From assembly GCA_020833025.1 (NCBI GenBank), contig JAJHRB010000029.1, positions 1 through 17,902 of the forward strand: a stretch of 17,902 nucleotides of DNA. The letters run 5' to 3'. Made by a program: the position numbers and the translations under genes. The notes beneath the pieces were generated by a model. The model made no database searches and had not been told where the DNA came from. It saw only the letters and a list, made by a program, of their open reading frames with translations. Of the stretch, positions 15,057-17,902 are shown in pieces. Each line of letters opens with the position of its first letter. The stretch's first letter is position 1. Origin of the DNA: Thermoproteaceae archaeon (lineage in GTDB: Archaea; Thermoproteota; Thermoprotei; Thermoproteales; Thermoproteaceae).

Positions 15057-17429
15057 CTACTTGCCGCTCCCCCTCACCGTGCCGACGACGAACAGCGGGA
15101 CTTCAAACGAGCCCCCGTGGTAGTAATACAGCAGCACCTTGGCAATCTCCCGCAGAATTAGCATGAGGTCGCCGCGCTTGACTCCCGCGGCATCGGCTGC
15201 CTCCCTCCAGGGTCTTGCCTGCAGCACCTTGCTTAATAGTATCCTCTCGGCGGCGTCAGGAAGTCCCGGCCTCCTGTCCCTGGAGTTGTAGAAATAGCGC
15301 GCAGTCAGCATGTACATGGCGTCCATCACGTTCTCGTAGGTCATTGGGCCGAACGCGTAAGCGACAAGCCTCTCAAGCTGGTTCCTCGACAGCAGCGGCG
15401 GCCCGTCGACATCCCACCCCCAGTCGCTCAGCAAGTACTGGACCTCGGACGGCAGGAGGTCGCTGTACGGGCCCATTAGCGAGTGCACGAGCCTCCTCCG
15501 GAACTCGATGTTCGCGTACCTGACGAACTCCCTGGCCCTCTCGCTGAGGGGCTTCACTAGCAGCACGCTGTACTCGCCCGACGACGGATTCCTCTCCGGC
15601 GACAGGTGAATTGGAACGAAGCCGTTCCTGATCCAGAATCTCAACAGCCTGTCGTAAACGCCGAAGCCGACGCCGATCCAGTCCATTCCGAGCTCTCTCG
15701 CCTCCTCCTCGATTTTCCTAAGCATGAGCGTGCCGAGACCCATGCCCTGAAGCTCGGGGTGCGTGGCTATCCTCACAATCCTCCAGCCCCTCAACCTCGC
15801 GAACTCGGGGACCCTCCAGTACTTCAAGAACCTGTCGGGAATTATGTTCCCGGGCAGTTTCAGCCCCCTCAGCGCCTGGTCTATTGACACGTCGTCGAGA
15901 CCCCCCTCATACGCCAGCTCGACTGACACCACGATCTTCCCGCTGGGCAACGCGAGGGCCCTGGCCGTGTGGTGCGGCGCGTCGAGAAGCATGCCGAGGT
16001 CGTCCGGCTCATTGCGGTAGTGAGCCTGCACGTAAATGCCAAAGAACTGGCGCAGCCTCTCCTCGTCGCCTATTATGTCCCCCTCCTTAAGGTAAACCAC
16101 CTCTTGTCTCTTCACGCACTCTACGTCTGACTCCTCAACTCTCGCCGGCTCGGCATTTAAGAGGAATGCGTTGAAAAGCCACCGCTCGACGGGGTCGTCG
16201 GGGCCGTAGCGTATCGGCTCCCTCATCTCGTAGACGTGCACCTCCGTGTCCCCGGACTCGCGGAGGTACTTCAGAAACCTTATTGAGAACCCCCTGCCGG
16301 CGCCCTCGTAGCCGTGAATTGTCGTGGCGAAGACGAGTCTGTCGAACTTCTTGTGCACGGCGTAGAGTGCCGGCAGCGGAACTGACGCTGCCTCGTCTAT
16401 AGCGACGATATCGGCACTCTCACGCTTTAGGAGCATGTACGGCGTGACGACGTCAATGAATATGCCCTTGGCCCTCACGGACCGCACCTCCCCGCCCTCT
16501 TTCTCCACGCCGGGCTTGTACCCCAGCGCCCTAAGCCCCCTTATGGCAAACTCCAGTAGTGTCTCCAGGTTCGCGTACTCCATCGCGCTGACGACTGCCT
16601 GCACTCTTGCCTTTGCCTTCCTGAGCCTGTGGCCTATTCCCGCGAGCCCGAGCCCCAGCGCGGCGCTCTTGCCGCGCCCTCTATCCGCTATCACGACTAG
16701 CGCAATTTTCCTCTTGGGCCTCTGGTAGAGCAGCTCGAAGAGCTTTAACACCTCAACTTGGTCTTGCGTCGCGGCCATTCGGTAAATCCTCGGCGATATC
16801 ACAGCCTTTTCGGGAATCTCGGGCCTCTTAGGCTCGTAGCGCTTAATTTCGACCGCTCCCGGCGGCTTTAGCAGCTCGCCGCGATCTGCATCAAAGACCG
16901 CGACGCCCTCGTGCTCGTACAGACTGCGCCAGAACCTCTCCTTCAGCCGGTGTCTGACGTCGCTCGGCGTGAACTGCGGCACGAGCAGCGCGGTCTGAAA
17001 TTTCGTGAGATAGCTCTTCCAGACGTGCAGCGGGGGCACGAGGAGTATGTACACGCCGCCGCCGCGCACAACTCCCCCGAGGCGCCCCACGTCGTTCGGC
17101 TTGAGGTCGTTTATCAGGTCGAGAACGGCGAAGTCATAAGTCGTGCCCAGCACCCGCTGCGTGTCCTTGTAAGGCCTGAATTCTGTCTCGAGCGAGGACC
17201 CCTCCAGCAAGTCTCTCAGGTAGTTCATTCGCTTGTTGGCGTCGGCGTACTCCGGCTGAAACATGTAGAGCCCCCTGGCGCCGCCCCCTGCCGCCTCATA
17301 CGCCCTGAGGGCCTCTGCCGCGCACTCCGCGAGCCTCCTGTCGTCAGTGCCAACCAGCACGACTAGCCTCCTGTGTCTCGCCTCCCTCGCCCTCTCAACA
17401 TCCGGCTTGACAATTTCATATATTGTCAC
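15057..17429 (-). CDS. tmcA: tRNA(Met) cytidine acetyltransferase TmcA / NAT10 homologue (RNA ac4C writer)
   Basis: N-terminal DUF1726-like region (PND.GRL...VRGGG), Walker A ADRGRGKSAALG, IDEAA, TTIHGYEG.GRGF, HYRNEP.DL..LLDAPHH, GNAT motif RIVRIATHPELQGMGLG. Confidence 0.96.
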   Translation of the reverse strand: MTIYEIVKPDVERAREARHRRLVVLVGTDDRRLAECAAEALRAYEAAGGGARGLYMFQPEYADANKRMNYLRDLLEGSSLETEFRPYKDTQRVLGTTYDFAVLDLINDLKPNDVGRLGGVVRGGGVYILLVPPLHVWKSYLTKFQTALLVPQFTPSDVRHRLKERFWRSLYEHEGVAVFDADRGELLKPPGAVEIKRYEPKRPEIPEKAVISPRIYRMAATQDQVEVLKLFELLYQRPKRKIALVVIADRGRGKSAALGLGLAGIGHRLRKAKARVQAVVSAMEYANLETLLEFAIRGLRALGYKPGVEKEGGEVRSVRAKGIFIDVVTPYMLLKRESADIVAIDEAASVPLPALYAVHKKFDRLVFATTIHGYEGAGRGFSIRFLKYLRESGDTEVHVYEMREPIRYGPDDPVERWLFNAFLLNAEPARVEESDVECVKRQEVVYLKEGDIIGDEERLRQFFGIYVQAHYRNEPDDLGMLLDAPHHTARALALPSGKIVVSVELAYEGGLDDVSIDQALRGLKLPGNIIPDRFLKYWRVPEFARLRGWRIVRIATHPELQGMGLGTLMLRKIEEEARELGMDWIGVGFGVYDRLLRFWIRNGFVPIHLSPERNPSSGEYSVLLVKPLSERAREFVRYANIEFRRRLVHSLMGPYSDLLPSEVQYLLSDWGWDVDGPPLLSRNQLERLVAYAFGPMTYENVMDAMYMLTARYFYNSRDRRPGLPDAAERILLSKVLQARPWREAADAAGVKRGDLMLILREIAKVLLYYYHGGSFEVPLFVVGTVRGSGK

Positions 17430-17449
17430 CGGCTAGACGCGCTGCCGCC

Positions 17450-17498
17450 GTATATAAGCCAGCGTCTGCGGCCGAGGCGGCAGAGAAAAACATAAATA
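17450..17498. promoter_or_regulatory. divergent promoters for tmcA (minus) and the tRNA-Thr 5' piece (plus)
   Basis: CTTATATA on the minus strand (17457-17450) is 21-28 nt upstream of tmcA GTG. Purine-rich GAGAAAAA plus CATAAATA on the plus strand (17483-17498) is about 21-28 nt upstream of tRNA G1 at 17519. Confidence 0.6.
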
Positions 17499-17518
17499 GT
17501 GAGACCCAGAGGGGGCCG

Positions 17519-17549
17519 GCCCCGGTAGCTCAGCCCTGGTAGAGCGCCT
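17519..17549 (+). tRNA. 5' piece (positions 1-29) of tRNA-Thr(GGU); putative split tRNA
   Basis: GCCCCGG acceptor strand, TA, D-arm GCTC-AGCCCTGGTA-GAGC, G26, CCT, then a trailer A-GGGAGTTCCCTCGGGCTG (17550-17568) complementary to the leader of the 3' piece. Confidence 0.88.
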
Positions 17550-17689
17550 AGGGAGTTCCCTCGGGCTGCCGGCTCTCTCCAAGACAGGCAGCAGTAGCTC
17601 CGCCCCGCGCGGAGTGAGTGGCGCGGGGATGTCGCGTGAACTCGGACCTAACAGCGGCACTCGGGGGCGGCTTGAGGCGGCAGGGCCGT

Positions 17690-17701
17690 AAAAAATATAA
17701 A
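17690..17701 (+). promoter_or_regulatory. BRE/TATA for the tRNA-Thr 3' piece
   Basis: AAAAAATATAAA, about 20-28 nt upstream of the complementary leader starting at about 17721-17723. It is the only AT-rich island in this GC-rich stretch. Confidence 0.65.
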
Positions 17702-17753
17702 GGATTGACGCGGGGCTTAAACCAGCCCGAGGGGCTCCCGCGTAGGCTTGGTA

Positions 17754-17772
17754 AGGGGGCAACCTCCCAACG
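17754..17772 (+). other. 19-nt canonical 37/38 tRNA intron (BHB)
   Basis: Central helix TTGG/CCAA, bulges TA^A and CG^A, intron hairpin GGGG-GCAA-CCTC with a GNRA tetraloop. Confidence 0.88.
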
Positions 17773-17791
17773 AGCAGGAGGTCCCGGGTTC

Positions 17792-17809
17792 GGGGGAGAG
17801 CCCGCCCAG
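17792..17809 (+). other. 18-nt T-loop tRNA intron, position 56/57 (relaxed BHB)
   Basis: Central helix GGGT (17786-17789) pairs with GCCC (17804-17807), bulges TC^G and AG^A, intron stem GGG/CCC. Removal gives the TTCAAAT T-loop. Confidence 0.78.
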
Positions 17810-17902
17810 AAATCCCGGCCGGGGCTCCAGTCCGCATTTCTGGCTCCCGCCAGGCCCGGCCGGCATTTAGCTCAAAGCCGACCAAATCGGCGCCGAGGAC
17901 GC

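Larger units (their letters stand above)
17746..17829 (+). tRNA. 3' piece (position 30 to CCA) of tRNA-Thr(GGU), with cis-introns at 37/38 and 56/57
   Basis: GC-TT-GGT-A (anticodon 17750-17752) | intron | A-GCAGG-AGGTC-CCGGG-TTC | intron | AAAT-CCCGG-CCGGGGC-T-CCA. Stems pair perfectly with the 5' piece (CCTGC/GCAGG; GCCCCGG/CCGGGGC). U73 is as expected for archaeal tRNA-Thr. Confidence 0.88.

Noticed and set aside
122-17366. The many other short or antisense ORFs in the six-frame track
   Set aside because: They lie wholly within well-supported genes on another frame or strand and have no family motifs.
17519-17829. Initial reading as tRNA-Cys because of the U73 discriminator
   Set aside because: After removing the BHB introns the anticodon is GGT (Thr), and U73 is also normal for archaeal tRNA-Thr.
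17858-17875. TAGCTCA near the window end as another tRNA 5' half
   Set aside because: No matching acceptor strand spacing, GG D-loop or closing GAGC follows.
1-17902. CRISPR array, IS elements or rRNA
   Set aside because: No regularly spaced repeats, transposase ORFs, terminal inverted repeats or rRNA signature sequences were seen.

Overview
A 17.9 kb GC-rich archaeal window, most likely from Thermoproteales (Thermoproteus/Pyrobaculum-like). The lineage call is an inference from gene content, TATA boxes about 20-30 nt upstream of start codons, and tRNAs with multiple bulge-helix-bulge (BHB) introns. The protein-coding content is mostly housekeeping: GH57 hydrolase plus MFS transporter, O-phosphoserine sulfhydrylase-type cysteine synthase, divergent class I fumarase/tartrate dehydratase subunits, CBS protein, rpiA, thiL, yjbQ, a DUF92 + GGPP synthase + isopentenyl phosphate kinase isoprenoid cluster, a NifX-like protein, porG/porD, peroxiredoxin, hisA, hisB and tmcA. 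No integrase, transposase or CRISPR array was seen. The main result is non-coding: two apparently split (trans-spliced) tRNA genes. (1) tRNA-Thr(GGU) can be rebuilt completely from a 5' piece (17519-17549) and a 3' piece (17746-17829). Each piece has its own TATA box behind a duplicated upstream motif, they join through a 17-bp complementary trailer/leader and a BHB-like junction at position 29/30, and the 3' piece carries two further cis-introns. (2) An orphan 3' half of tRNA-Asn(GUU) (5782-5845) has its own TATA box, a leader, a half-BHB at 30/31 and a 45/46 cis-intron, and its 5' half is not in the window. To my knowledge Thr and Asn are not among the described archaeal split tRNAs, but this needs a literature and database check.
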